From contig JBKPCB010000014.1 in assembly GCA_046727155.1 (NCBI GenBank), positions 22,695 through 86,694 on the forward strand: 64,000 nt of DNA, in the 5' to 3' direction. The notes beneath the pieces were generated by a model. That model did not search any database. It was not told the origin of the DNA and saw nothing but the letters and a program-made list of their open reading frames with translations. Both the position numbers and the translations under genes were made by a program. This DNA comes from Candidatus Methylomirabilota bacterium. Its GTDB lineage: Bacteria; Methylomirabilota; Methylomirabilia; Rokubacteriales; CSP1-6. Positions 53,535-62,701 of the stretch are shown here, in pieces (the stretch's first letter is position 1; each line of letters starts with the position of its first letter).

Positions 53535-55589
53535 TCAGGAGAGCCTGGCGACCTGCACCAGGTTGGAGTGAAGGGCGGGACCGCCGCCCATGTCGGCCGT
53601 CCGGTCGTCGGTGAGCGCATTGACGCCGCGACGGCCGGCTTGGTGCTTCGACCACCAGATCCCCTCGACCACGGCGACGCCCGCGCGCGTGTCCTCCGTG
53701 AGCGTGGCAACGAATCGCGCCTGGCCGCGGGCGCTGCTCACTGCGACGAGGTCGCCGTCGTGGATGCCGCGCGCCGCCGCGTCCGTCGGATGGAGGAGGA
53801 CGGACGGCTGCTTTTGCCGGCGGCGCGATCTGTCGGATTGGCTGAAGGAGGAGTTCAGGAAGAAGCGATTGGGCGGCACCAGGCACTGCAGCGGATAGCG
53901 CCGGCCGGCCTCGGCGTTGTCCGGCCCCTCCACGAGCGGAAGATAGGTCGGCAGCGAGGGCAAGCCCTGGCTCGCGAGAGTCTCGGACACGAACTCCACT
54001 TTGCCCGACGGCGTCGGCGCGCCGTCGGCGAACGGCAAGTAGGGCCGCCCTACGCCGAGGCGCACGACGCGCTCGTCCTTGAGCCGCTCGTACGTGATCC
54101 CGGCCACCGAGGGATCGCCGGAGGCGAGCGCCTCGCGAACGAGGGCCGCCTCGTCCTTGTTGAAGTGCGGGTCGGGCAGTCCCATGGCTTTGGCGAGGGA
54201 CCGCACAACATGCCAGTTGGAGCGCGCCTCACCCTCCGGCGGGATCACCGGCTCGGCCAGCTGCAGGTACATGTGGCCATAGGACTTGTAAAGGTCCACG
54301 TGCTCCATTGACGTGGTGGCGGGCAGGACGATGTCGGCATAGTCGGTGGTGTCCGTGAGGTGCTGCTCGTGGACCACCGTGAAGAGATCCTCGCGCTCGA
54401 GGCCCCTGAGCACCAGCTCCTGATTCGGGCAGACGCTGGCGGGGTTCGAGTTGTAGACGTAGAGCGCTTTGATGGGCGGGCGCATCTCGGGTTCGGTGAG
54501 CGCGCGGCCCAGGCGGATCATGTTGATGACCCGCGGCGCGGGGTGCGGCATGAGGTCGGCCCGCTCGAGCGCGTCGTACTTCAGCCCGAAGGTCGCCGTC
54601 GAGGACAGGAGCGCGCCGCCGGCCGGATGGGCGTAGGCGCCCGTGAGCGCCGGCAAGCAGGCGATGGACCGGCACGTCATGCCGCCGTTGTCGTGACGCG
54701 AGAGCCCGATGCCGACACGGATGTACGACGCCTTGGTCGCCCCGTACCGGCGGGCGAAGTCCACGATCTCGCCGGAGGTCAAGCCGGTGATGCGGCTCAC
54801 GCGCGCCGGGTCGTACTGTTTGACATGCTCGGCGAGAACCGTGAAGCCCAGCGTGGCCCGGCGGATGTAGTCGTGATCCACGAGCCCCTCGCGGATGAGC
54901 ACGTGCATCACCCCAAGTGCCAGCGCCCCGTCGGTGCCCGGCCGCGGCATCAGGTGGCAGTCCGCCCACTTGGCCGTCTGCGTCCGGTACGGATCGATGC
55001 AGACGACGAAAGCGCCGCGCTGCCGCGCGCGCTTGACGAGCGTCATGGCATTGATGTGGGTATGCGAGGCGTTGATGCCCCAGAGCACGACCAGGTCGGA
55101 GCTCACCATCTGCTCCGCGTCGTTGCCGGTCACTGCCCCCAGCGTCGCCCGCCAGCCGGCATAGGCCGTGCTGATGCAGATGGTGCGATCGAGCCGAGAG
55201 GCCCCGAGCGCGTAGAAGAGCGGATGCCCCGCCCAGTACTGGAGCAGCCCGAGGGTGCCGCCGTACGAGAAGGGCAGGATGGCTTCGGCGCTCCACTGGG
55301 CGATGATCCGCCGCCAGCGATGCGCGATGTCCTCGATGGCGGCCTCCCACGAGATCGGCTCGAACCGACCTTCGCCTTTGGCTCCCACGCGTCGAAGCGG
55401 CGTCAGCACCCGCGTCGGCGCGTAGACGCGCTCGGTATAGTCGTGGACTTTGCCGCAGATCACGCCCCGGGTGAAGGGATGGTCGGGATCACCGGTGACG
55501 CTGGTGATCCGGCCGTCGTCCAGCGTGACGGCGAGCCCGCACTGGGAGGGACAGTCGTGAGGACAGACGGAATGCTTGATCTCGCGCAT
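53535..55589 (-). CDS. molybdopterin-dependent oxidoreductase (MopB superfamily) with N-terminal [4Fe-4S] Cys motif
   Basis: CPHDCPSQCG cluster. Molybdopterin dinucleotide-binding blocks. 684 aa. Confidence 0.8.
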   Translation of the reverse strand: MREIKHSVCPHDCPSQCGLAVTLDDGRITSVTGDPDHPFTRGVICGKVHDYTERVYAPTRVLTPLRRVGAKGEGRFEPISWEAAIEDIAHRWRRIIAQWSAEAILPFSYGGTLGLLQYWAGHPLFYALGASRLDRTICISTAYAGWRATLGAVTGNDAEQMVSSDLVVLWGINASHTHINAMTLVKRARQRGAFVVCIDPYRTQTAKWADCHLMPRPGTDGALALGVMHVLIREGLVDHDYIRRATLGFTVLAEHVKQYDPARVSRITGLTSGEIVDFARRYGATKASYIRVGIGLSRHDNGGMTCRSIACLPALTGAYAHPAGGALLSSTATFGLKYDALERADLMPHPAPRVINMIRLGRALTEPEMRPPIKALYVYNSNPASVCPNQELVLRGLEREDLFTVVHEQHLTDTTDYADIVLPATTSMEHVDLYKSYGHMYLQLAEPVIPPEGEARSNWHVVRSLAKAMGLPDPHFNKDEAALVREALASGDPSVAGITYERLKDERVVRLGVGRPYLPFADGAPTPSGKVEFVSETLASQGLPSLPTYLPLVEGPDNAEAGRRYPLQCLVPPNRFFLNSSFSQSDRSRRRQKQPSVLLHPTDAAARGIHDGDLVAVSSARGQARFVATLTEDTRAGVAVVEGIWWSKHQAGRRGVNALTDDRTADMGGGPALHSNLVQVARLS

Positions 55590-55612
55590 CGACGGCTTAG
55601 ATTACCACAGCG

Positions 55613-56884
55613 TTGTATAGTGCTGGAATGCTCGACCGCCTCAAGGCATGGCATCCGTTCCAGACCCCCGAAACGCAGCGACTCGCCCTCCTCTTCGCCA
55701 TCGTCTACTTCGCTCAAGGGATGTGGTCCCTGCCCGTTCTACCCCTCACCTTCGTGCTCAAGGGCTGGGGGTTGTCGGCCGGCCAGGTGGCGACGTTCTT
55801 TTCGATCAGCGTCATCCCCTGGCTCGTCAAGCCGGCCTACGGGCTGATCTCCGACTTCCTGCCGCTGGCGGGCTACCGCCGAAAGAGCTACCTGCTGCTC
55901 ACCTCGGGCCTCGCTGCCTCCGCCGGGCTGGCGCTGGGCCTGTTCGTGGAGCACTCGTACTGGGGACTCGCGATCTTCTTCACGGCCATGGGGCTGGGCC
56001 TGGCCTTCACCGACGTTCTCGTCGACGCCCTCATGGTCGAGAACGGCAAGCCCCGCGGGCTCACTGGAGCGTTCCAATCGGTCCAATGGGCCTCGATCAA
56101 TCTCGCCAGCATCCTGGTTGGCCTGCTCGGCGGCTACCTGGCCCGGCAGCGAAACCTGCACGCGTCATTCCTGATCGCCGCGGGATTTCCACTCATCTCC
56201 TTCGTGATGACCCTGTTCTTCATCCGCGAGCAGCGGACGCGGATGGACCTCACGGGCTTCCGCCACACGCTGCGAGCAGTCCGGGCGGCGCTGGCCCAGC
56301 GGGATGTTTGGATCGTCGCGGGATTCATCCTCTTCTGGACCTTCAGCCCGTCCTTCGGGCCCGCGCTTGTCTACTACCAGACCGACGTGCTCAAGTTCAG
56401 CGAGCAGTTCATCGGGCTCCTATCCTCGCTCGGGTCCGCCGCCGGCATTGTCGGCGCGTTCTTTTATGCGCCGCTGTCGCGGCGGGTGCCGCTCGTCCGC
56501 ATCATCAACATCTCGATCGGCGTGGGCGTCGCCGGCACCCTGGCCTACCTCGTCTACCGGGACGTGTGGTCGGCCCTGATCATCGATACGCTCTTCGGAG
56601 GCGTCGGAATGATCGTCCAGCTCGCCTTCCTCGATCTCGCTGCCAAGTCCTGCCCGCGGCATGTGGAGGCTACGTTCTTCGCCTTGCTCATGTCCGTGTA
56701 CAACCTGGGCGTCCAGGGCTCGCAGGTGGCCGGCGGGTACCTCTACGATGGGCTGGGATTCGTGGCGCTCGTGCTCATCTCATCCGCGATGACGGCGATG
56801 GCATGGCTCCTCGTCCCGCTCGTGAAGATTCACCGGATCGAGGCGCGGGCGCGCGCGGCAACGGAGGCCGAGACGACGATGTGA
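55613..56884 (+). CDS. folate-biopterin transporter (BT1) family MFS-type membrane protein
   Basis: 12 TM helices. BT1-like N-terminal region (LALLFAIVYFAQG). Confidence 0.7.
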   Translation: MYSAGMLDRLKAWHPFQTPETQRLALLFAIVYFAQGMWSLPVLPLTFVLKGWGLSAGQVATFFSISVIPWLVKPAYGLISDFLPLAGYRRKSYLLLTSGLAASAGLALGLFVEHSYWGLAIFFTAMGLGLAFTDVLVDALMVENGKPRGLTGAFQSVQWASINLASILVGLLGGYLARQRNLHASFLIAAGFPLISFVMTLFFIREQRTRMDLTGFRHTLRAVRAALAQRDVWIVAGFILFWTFSPSFGPALVYYQTDVLKFSEQFIGLLSSLGSAAGIVGAFFYAPLSRRVPLVRIINISIGVGVAGTLAYLVYRDVWSALIIDTLFGGVGMIVQLAFLDLAAKSCPRHVEATFFALLMSVYNLGVQGSQVAGGYLYDGLGFVALVLISSAMTAMAWLLVPLVKIHRIEARARAATEAETTM

Positions 56885-56908
56885 GTTGGCTCGAACGGCT
56901 GACATCGC

Positions 56909-57379
56909 TCACCTCGCTCCTCGCTCCTCCCGTTCGATCGCTTGCTTGGCAATGTCGTAGGCTCGCCTGAGCCACCGCAGGGCGCGACCGACGTCCCGGG
57001 ACGATTCCACCCGGCACTCGACCCAGCCCGCACCGCCCAGGCGCCGGTGGGGCGCGAGGCCCGCCGCGAGCGCCCGCCGCTGCTCTTCGCCGCCGAGCCG
57101 GATCCAGAGATCGGTGTCCTTCACGCGCAGCGGGAAGCAGGCGAAGAGGCGCGGACCCACGAAATAACCCCAGCGCCCGAACATCGGAGTGATCCGCACC
57201 CGCGGCCACGCGCCCAGCTGCGCGTTAAGATCGGCCGCCGCGCCCGTGCCGCCACGCTCGAGGGTGCGGCGGGTTTTCCGCCCCTTCCCTATCCCCCTAA
57301 ACCGGCCTGGTCTCACGAGTGCTACGGCCAGACCTGGACGTAGGCGGAACGGGAGCGCTCGGAAACCTTGCCGAACCAC
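56909..57379 (-). CDS. TfoX N-terminal-domain-like small protein (start uncertain)
   Basis: Motif MFGRWGYFVGPRLFACFPLRVKDTDLWIRL resembles the TfoX_N core. The N-terminal ~50 codons are Arg/Gly-rich and overlap the upstream gene, so the true start is probably further downstream. Confidence 0.4.
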   Translation of the reverse strand: MVRQGFRALPFRLRPGLAVALVRPGRFRGIGKGRKTRRTLERGGTGAAADLNAQLGAWPRVRITPMFGRWGYFVGPRLFACFPLRVKDTDLWIRLGGEEQRRALAAGLAPHRRLGGAGWVECRVESSRDVGRALRWLRRAYDIAKQAIEREERGAR

Positions 57380-57633
57380 CGGTCGTAATCCCGCCGCAGC
57401 GCCTTCATGTGGCCGGACTTCATGAGCGCGCGGAACGTCTTCTCGTCCTGCACCTCATAGACGGCCATGTAGCGAAATTTGTCCTCGCCCAGGATCGCGC
57501 GGTAGCGCCGGGCGCTCACGGCGCCCGGGTAGCGCAGGAACTGGGGGCAGTGTTTCCCGTTGTACCAGCGGTTGAACGCCGCCTCCTTCTTCTTCGGTAT
57601 CGTCGCCTTGACCATGAAGAGTACCGTTGCCAT
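57322..57633 (-). CDS. hypothetical small alpha/beta protein (103 aa; Dabb/EthD-like character)
   Basis: RBS GGAGGG 7 nt upstream of the ATG at 57633. Sequence MATVLFMVKATIPKKKEAAFNRWYNGKHCPQF…. The longer ORF extension is translation of the repeat element. Confidence 0.5.
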   Translation of the reverse strand: MATVLFMVKATIPKKKEAAFNRWYNGKHCPQFLRYPGAVSARRYRAILGEDKFRYMAVYEVQDEKTFRALMKSGHMKALRRDYDRWFGKVSERSRSAYVQVWP

Positions 57634-57760
57634 GTAATCCCTCCTATTCTCGGACCATTTCACCGCTCGCGATTCACCTAGCACTCGGCTCGTGCCTGCG
57701 GCCCTCCCCTCGAACTGCCACACGCCCGACAAAGCCCCGGCCGTGTCTCGGCTCGCACTA
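57631..57760 (-). repeat. MIRU-like intergenic repeat, copy B (stop codon of MFS gene through start codon of small gene)
   Basis: Near-identical to copy A. Begins at the TAG stop and ends at the ATG, with a GGAGGG RBS. Confidence 0.7.
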
Positions 57761-58951
57761 CCTTTTGCCTGCTGCGAGCCGGCGCGATTCGGGCAGCGCC
57801 CGGAGCCAGAGCGCGCAGGCCAGGCCCAGCACGCCGCCTACGCCGAGGACCGAGAAGGCCCATCCCCAGCCGGCCGCGCCGGCTTTGCGACCGCCGAAGA
57901 AGTCCAGCACCATGCCGAAGACCAGCGGCGCGACCGCGCCGGCCCCGAATCCAAGCAGCGAGCGCACCGCCAGGGCGGCGCCGAGCCGGCTCGGCGTCAC
58001 GGTCTCGGTGAGGCCGGTCGAGTAGACCGAAGAGTCGCCCACCGCTGAAAACCCGTAGACGCTGCCGACGAGCATGATGAGCAGGATCGGCGCCATGAGC
58101 AGCCAGCCGAACATGAACGAGCAGAGGGTGCTCACTGCCATCATGCCGGCGATGACCGCGGTGCGCCCCCAGCGATCCGAGAGCCAGCCGCCGGCGCCCG
58201 AGGCCGCGGCGCCCATGACGTGGAAGAGCGCCGACAGGCTGGCGCCGAGCCCGGCCGACCGTTCTGGCGCGGTGCCGTGGACGGCCAGCGCCGCCGCCAT
58301 GAAGGCCGGCGTCCACGCCCACATGCCGAGCAACTCCCAGGAGTGGAACACGTAGCCGGCCACCATGAGCTGGGCCGGCCGGTTGCCCGACAGATCGGCG
58401 TGGAAGCTGAAGCCGGCCGAGCGCGCTGGGGGGCTGCCGAGATCGCCGCGGAAGAGCAGTAGGGCCAGGATGAGGCAGACGAGCGGGCCCAAAGCGAGCA
58501 CGAAGACAGCCGAGCGCCAGCCCGACCGCGCCACGACGAGGCCGCCGACCACCAGCGCCACAACATACCCCAATGAGCTTGAAGCCAGGAACCACCCCAC
58601 CGCATTGCCGCGACGGGCGGGCTCGAAGCGCGCCGAGATTAGCATGACGCCCGGCGTATAGATGCCCGCCAGCGCCACCGCGAGCGCCGTGAAGAGCAGG
58701 AGCCCCGAGAGATGACTGTGGGCGACCAGCGGGATCAGGAAGGCCACCCCCGTCGCCGCCCCCGCGCCGCCGATGAACAGCGCGCGAGGGTTGATGTAGT
58801 CGGCGAGGGCCGACACCACGACGAGCGACACGGCTGTTCCGAGCTGAAAGCCGGAGGAGATCGAGCCGGCCGCCGTGGAGGACAGATTCCATTCGGGCTG
58901 CACGACCGAGAGAATGGTCGGGTACGCCATGAACATCGTGGAGCCGGCCAC
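57758..58951 (-). CDS. MFS transporter
   Basis: 12 TM helices with MFS loop motifs. 397 aa. Confidence 0.8.
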   Translation of the reverse strand: MAGSTMFMAYPTILSVVQPEWNLSSTAAGSISSGFQLGTAVSLVVVSALADYINPRALFIGGAGAATGVAFLIPLVAHSHLSGLLLFTALAVALAGIYTPGVMLISARFEPARRGNAVGWFLASSSLGYVVALVVGGLVVARSGWRSAVFVLALGPLVCLILALLLFRGDLGSPPARSAGFSFHADLSGNRPAQLMVAGYVFHSWELLGMWAWTPAFMAAALAVHGTAPERSAGLGASLSALFHVMGAAASGAGGWLSDRWGRTAVIAGMMAVSTLCSFMFGWLLMAPILLIMLVGSVYGFSAVGDSSVYSTGLTETVTPSRLGAALAVRSLLGFGAGAVAPLVFGMVLDFFGGRKAGAAGWGWAFSVLGVGGVLGLACALWLRALPESRRLAAGKR

Positions 58952-59036
58952 GCGCGCGGCGCAGAGGCCGAGCAGCCACAGAGTGTCTTGGCGGCGGGCG
59001 CGATCGATGGACGTCGTGTCCGGGCCCGGGCCGGAG

Positions 59037-59810
59037 CTAGCGCGTGCCGTCCGCCGGGCCGAGAGTGGTGAAGCCCCCGTCGACGATCGTGGTGGCCCCG
59101 GTCATAGATTCGTTGGTGAGCAGAAAGACCACCGCGCCGGCCAGCTCGTCCACCGTGGCCAGGCGGCCGGTGGGCGTGACCCGCGCGCGCCGCTGCTGGG
59201 TCTCCTCCGTGATGAAGCCCCCGCCGAAGCCGGTGGCGAGCAGGCCGGGCGCCACAGCGTTCACGCGGATCCCCTGGGGCGCCAGCGCCCGCGCCAGAGA
59301 CTTCGTCAGCGTGCCGAGCGCCGCCTTGGACGCCGCGTACGCCATCGAGGATCCCTCGCCCGTGAAGCCGGCTACCGATGTGATGTTGACGACGGCGCCT
59401 CCGCCGCGCTTCGCCATGTGGGGCACGGCCGCGCGCACGCAGTAAAAGGCGCCGCGCACGTTGACGCCGATGACGCCCTCCCAGATCTCGTCGGTCAGCT
59501 CTTCGAGCTGAGCGTGCGGGACGCGCCGCGTCCAGCCGGCGTTGTTGACGAGGAGATCGAGGCCGCCCAGCTCGCTCACGACCTGCGTGACCATGGCGCG
59601 CGCTTGGGCGTCCTGGGAAACGTCCGCCCGCACCGTGACGGCGCGCACGCCCGCCTTTTCGGCGTCGCGGGCCGTCGCGCGCGCGGGATCGGCCGACTTG
59701 GAGTAATTGACGGCGACGGCGGCGCCTTCGCGGGCCAAGGCGAGGACGATGGCGCGGCCGATGCCCGTGCCGCCACCGGTGACCAGCGCGACCTTGCCCG
59801 CGAGCTTCAT
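59037..59810 (-). CDS. SDR-family oxidoreductase (FabG-like 3-oxoacyl reductase type)
   Basis: TGGGTGIGRA cofactor motif. NNAG. YxxxK (YAASK). Confidence 0.85.
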   Translation of the reverse strand: MKLAGKVALVTGGGTGIGRAIVLALAREGAAVAVNYSKSADPARATARDAEKAGVRAVTVRADVSQDAQARAMVTQVVSELGGLDLLVNNAGWTRRVPHAQLEELTDEIWEGVIGVNVRGAFYCVRAAVPHMAKRGGGAVVNITSVAGFTGEGSSMAYAASKAALGTLTKSLARALAPQGIRVNAVAPGLLATGFGGGFITEETQQRRARVTPTGRLATVDELAGAVVFLLTNESMTGATTIVDGGFTTLGPADGTR

Positions 59811-59842
59811 CTCCGACGGCAGGAGTGAGGAATGCCGGGGCA

Positions 59843-59995
59843 GATGACGAGCCAGACGAGGCCCGAGGGAGGAGCCGACCGGAGGCGTACGCGGTTGTAC
59901 GCTGAGGAACGGCGACGACCGAGAACGTGGCAGTTCGAGCTGAGCGGCCCTGCCGCGAGGCGAGGGCTGGGTAAATCTGGCGAAATCAGATGCCC
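59843..59995 (+). repeat. diverged copy C of the same element, between the VOC and SDR genes (opposite orientation to flanking genes)
   Basis: ~70 % identity to A over the GTGGCAGTTCGAG…CGAGGGCTG…AAAT…ATG core. Confidence 0.45.
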
Positions 59996-60005
59996 CGGCA
60001 TGGGA

Positions 60006-60767
60006 TTACGGGAAGTGATAGCGGGAAATATGGAGATGCACGCCGTGAGAGGACTGCGGCTCGATCGTGATCTCGCCGGCGCCGATCAGCATCGCGGCAT
60101 TGGCTGTCTCGAGCCGGCGGATCAAGGGCGGCATGTCCGGTGCCACCATGGACAACGCGACCATGCCTTCCATGCCACCCACCTCGCCGACGCGGACCAT
60201 GAGCAGCGTGCTGCCGCCGGGCCAGCCCAGCATGGTGCGCGGCCCGCCATTGACTTCCACCTCGGGCAGTCCGAAGAGATCCTGATACGTCTTGGCCGTT
60301 TCCGGCGGCGACTGGCAGCCGATAACGAGCCGCTTGAATCGCACCGGCGAGTCGAGCTTCGGCTCGGGCGCGTCGGGAGTGGCAAGCTCCACGAGGACGC
60401 CGTCGCAGCCCTTCGGGCTGAGGAAGGCGATGCGCCCCGCGAGCCCCGGTCGCGGCGCCGCGTCGATCAGCGGGATTCCCTTGCTCTTGAGCGCGGCCAA
60501 CTCTTCGCCGACGTCGGCGGTTTGAAAACAGAGGTGGTGCAGCCCCTCACCCCGCTTGGCGAGGAAGCGCGCCACGCCCGAGTCCGGAGTAACGGGCTCG
60601 AGCAGCTCGATCTCGCTGCCGCCGGCTGCCAGGAGCGCCGCGCGCACGCCCTGGTCCTTGAGCTCGGCCTCACGGACGAGCGGAAGCCCCAGGGTGTTCT
60701 GCCAGAACCCGTAGGACGCCTCGAGGCTCCGAACCACGATGCCGACGTGATGGATATTGGTCACCAT
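60006..60767 (-). CDS. VOC (glyoxalase/methylmalonyl-CoA-epimerase-like) family two-domain protein
   Basis: The N-terminal module (HVGIVVRSLEASYGFW…HHLCF) is a typical VOC beta-alpha-beta-beta-beta unit. A second, degenerate module follows. Confidence 0.7.
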   Translation of the reverse strand: MVTNIHHVGIVVRSLEASYGFWQNTLGLPLVREAELKDQGVRAALLAAGGSEIELLEPVTPDSGVARFLAKRGEGLHHLCFQTADVGEELAALKSKGIPLIDAAPRPGLAGRIAFLSPKGCDGVLVELATPDAPEPKLDSPVRFKRLVIGCQSPPETAKTYQDLFGLPEVEVNGGPRTMLGWPGGSTLLMVRVGEVGGMEGMVALSMVAPDMPPLIRRLETANAAMLIGAGEITIEPQSSHGVHLHISRYHFP

Positions 60768-60873
60768 ATCGAATCGTCGCTCAGCGCCTTCGGACGCCGG
60801 GCGCGTGCGCCCCGCCGTCCGCGGCATCGGTGGTCGTCACGAGGTATCACGCTAGCCGACGAGCGCTCAATAT

Positions 60874-61596
60874 TCAAGGACTTTCGAGCGCATCGCGAGT
60901 TGCCAACACGATGCAGCGCGCGTGGCGCTGCAGGATGGAGGCCGGGACCTCGGTGAGCACGGGGCCCTCGAGCATGGCGCGCAACGGCGAGCGCTTGTGG
61001 GCGCCACTGACGAGGACGAGTACTTCGCTCGCCTCGGCGATGGTGCCGAGCCCGAGGGTCACGGAGCGCGGTGAGACCTCGCCCTGGATCACCTCATCGG
61101 TCAGAATATACTCGACGGTGCCCGGCACGAGCGTCACGGGTCGGGTGCGCGAGTCGAGCGGGCTGCCGGGCTCATTGGAAGCCAGATGCGCATTGGGCCC
61201 CAGCCCCAGCATCACAAGGTCGAGGCCGCCGGCGGCGGTGATGGCCGCCTCGTACTCCCGGCACATCGCCTCGAGATCCGGCGCGGCCACCGTGAACGGA
61301 TTCAGCTGAGCGGTCGGCACCCTCGCCCAGTCGAGGAGCTCGCGGCGGATCTGGCGCCAGAAGTAGCCGTCGGCCGGCGCCGGCGGGCAGAGCTCGTCCA
61401 CCTCGAAAACTCGCATGCGCGAAAAGGCGGACGGATCGGCTGCGTGCTCGGCCTGCAGCCGGCCGTACATGGCGCGTGGGGTGCGCCCGGCCGGCACGGC
61501 GATCGCCAGCTCGGGCTTGCCCCGCAGGCGATCGAGGAAGAGATCCGCGGCCCGGCGTGCCAGGTCCGCGGCGTCCGCGCATGCGATGACCTGCAT
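60874..61596 (-). CDS. glucosamine-6-phosphate deaminase / 6-phosphogluconolactonase (NagB/Pgl) family protein
   Basis: 240 aa from an internal ATG (MQVIACADAADLARRAADLF…IAVPAGRTP…). The upstream ORF extension is low-complexity. ATGA overlap with the AKR gene. Confidence 0.7.
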   Translation of the reverse strand: MQVIACADAADLARRAADLFLDRLRGKPELAIAVPAGRTPRAMYGRLQAEHAADPSAFSRMRVFEVDELCPPAPADGYFWRQIRRELLDWARVPTAQLNPFTVAAPDLEAMCREYEAAITAAGGLDLVMLGLGPNAHLASNEPGSPLDSRTRPVTLVPGTVEYILTDEVIQGEVSPRSVTLGLGTIAEASEVLVLVSGAHKRSPLRAMLEGPVLTEVPASILQRHARCIVLATRDALESP

Positions 61597-62690
61597 CAGC
61601 CGTGAGTGAAGAGCTTCTCCCGTGGCGCCGGGGACACGCTCACCAGCCGCGCATTCTCCTCCACGTGGGCCACGGTCTTCATCCCGCAGAGGGCCGTGCC
61701 TACCCCCGGCGTTGAGCGGACGAACTGCAGGGCGCGCTGTGCGTCGGTGTCGAGGCCCGTGAGGACGTCGGCCAGCGCGGCAGGCAGTCCTCGCGAGAGC
61801 TTGCCCTGGAGGATCGACGCGGACGTCATGACGTAGATATCGAGCCGCCGGGCCGCCTCGAGGGCCGGGACCATGTCCTGGCCAATGGGCTGGGTGGCGG
61901 TGGTCAGCGCCTCGGTCATCGCCAGGTTGTAGGGCAGCTGGATCACCTTGAAGTGGTGATCCGCGCCGCCGATCTCTTGAGCGAGCCCGACGAGCTCGGC
62001 CAGAGCGAGGTGGTCCTGGGCCGAGGGCGGCTGGCGGTAGCCATTCCAAGTGGCGGTGCCGTAGAGGCGGATCCGGCCGTCCGACACCGCGCCCTCCAGG
62101 AATTCGAAGGCCGATTTCATCCTGGCGAGGAAGGTCGCCCGGTCCACTTCGCCGAGCTGCATCTCAGGGTTGTGGACGTAGTAGACGTCGATGGTCTCCA
62201 CACCGAGGTTCGCGCGGCTGCGGTCGAGCTGATCGGCCAGGTAGCGGGGCGTCATGCAGTGGCAGCCCGCCACGACATCGTTGGGGCTGAAAATGCCCGG
62301 GCGAACGTACGTCTCGACGAGATACGCGTTGGGATTCGGCGGGCGCTCCCCGTCGAAGCAGATGAAACCGCCCTTGGTGGCCAGCACCACCTCTTCACGG
62401 GCCAGGCGGCGCCCACCGATCAGCCCTCGCAGCGCCGCGCCAATGCTCCGCTCGCTGCGCTGGTTTCGGTAGTTGATGGCCGAGTCCACCACATTGAGTC
62501 CCAGCTCGAGCGCGCGACTCACGGCGGCCGTGTAGGCGCCGTCGGTGACTGCATCCTCGTCGCCCAGATACGTTCCGATCCCGACCGAGGAGACCTGGAG
62601 ACCCTGCCAACTGCCAAAATGTCCCTCGGCGGCACCGAGCCTGGATCGATAGGCCATGGTGCCCTCAGCGGTCGCGTGTCCGGTGATCAT
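61596..62690 (-). CDS. aldo/keto reductase
   Basis: AKR blocks (VVDSAINYRN, catalytic Tyr/Lys region, IQLPYN). RBS GGAG upstream of the ATG at 62690. Confidence 0.8.
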   Translation of the reverse strand: MITGHATAEGTMAYRSRLGAAEGHFGSWQGLQVSSVGIGTYLGDEDAVTDGAYTAAVSRALELGLNVVDSAINYRNQRSERSIGAALRGLIGGRRLAREEVVLATKGGFICFDGERPPNPNAYLVETYVRPGIFSPNDVVAGCHCMTPRYLADQLDRSRANLGVETIDVYYVHNPEMQLGEVDRATFLARMKSAFEFLEGAVSDGRIRLYGTATWNGYRQPPSAQDHLALAELVGLAQEIGGADHHFKVIQLPYNLAMTEALTTATQPIGQDMVPALEAARRLDIYVMTSASILQGKLSRGLPAALADVLTGLDTDAQRALQFVRSTPGVGTALCGMKTVAHVEENARLVSVSPAPREKLFTHG

Positions 62691-62701
62691 GCCGGCTCCG
62701 A

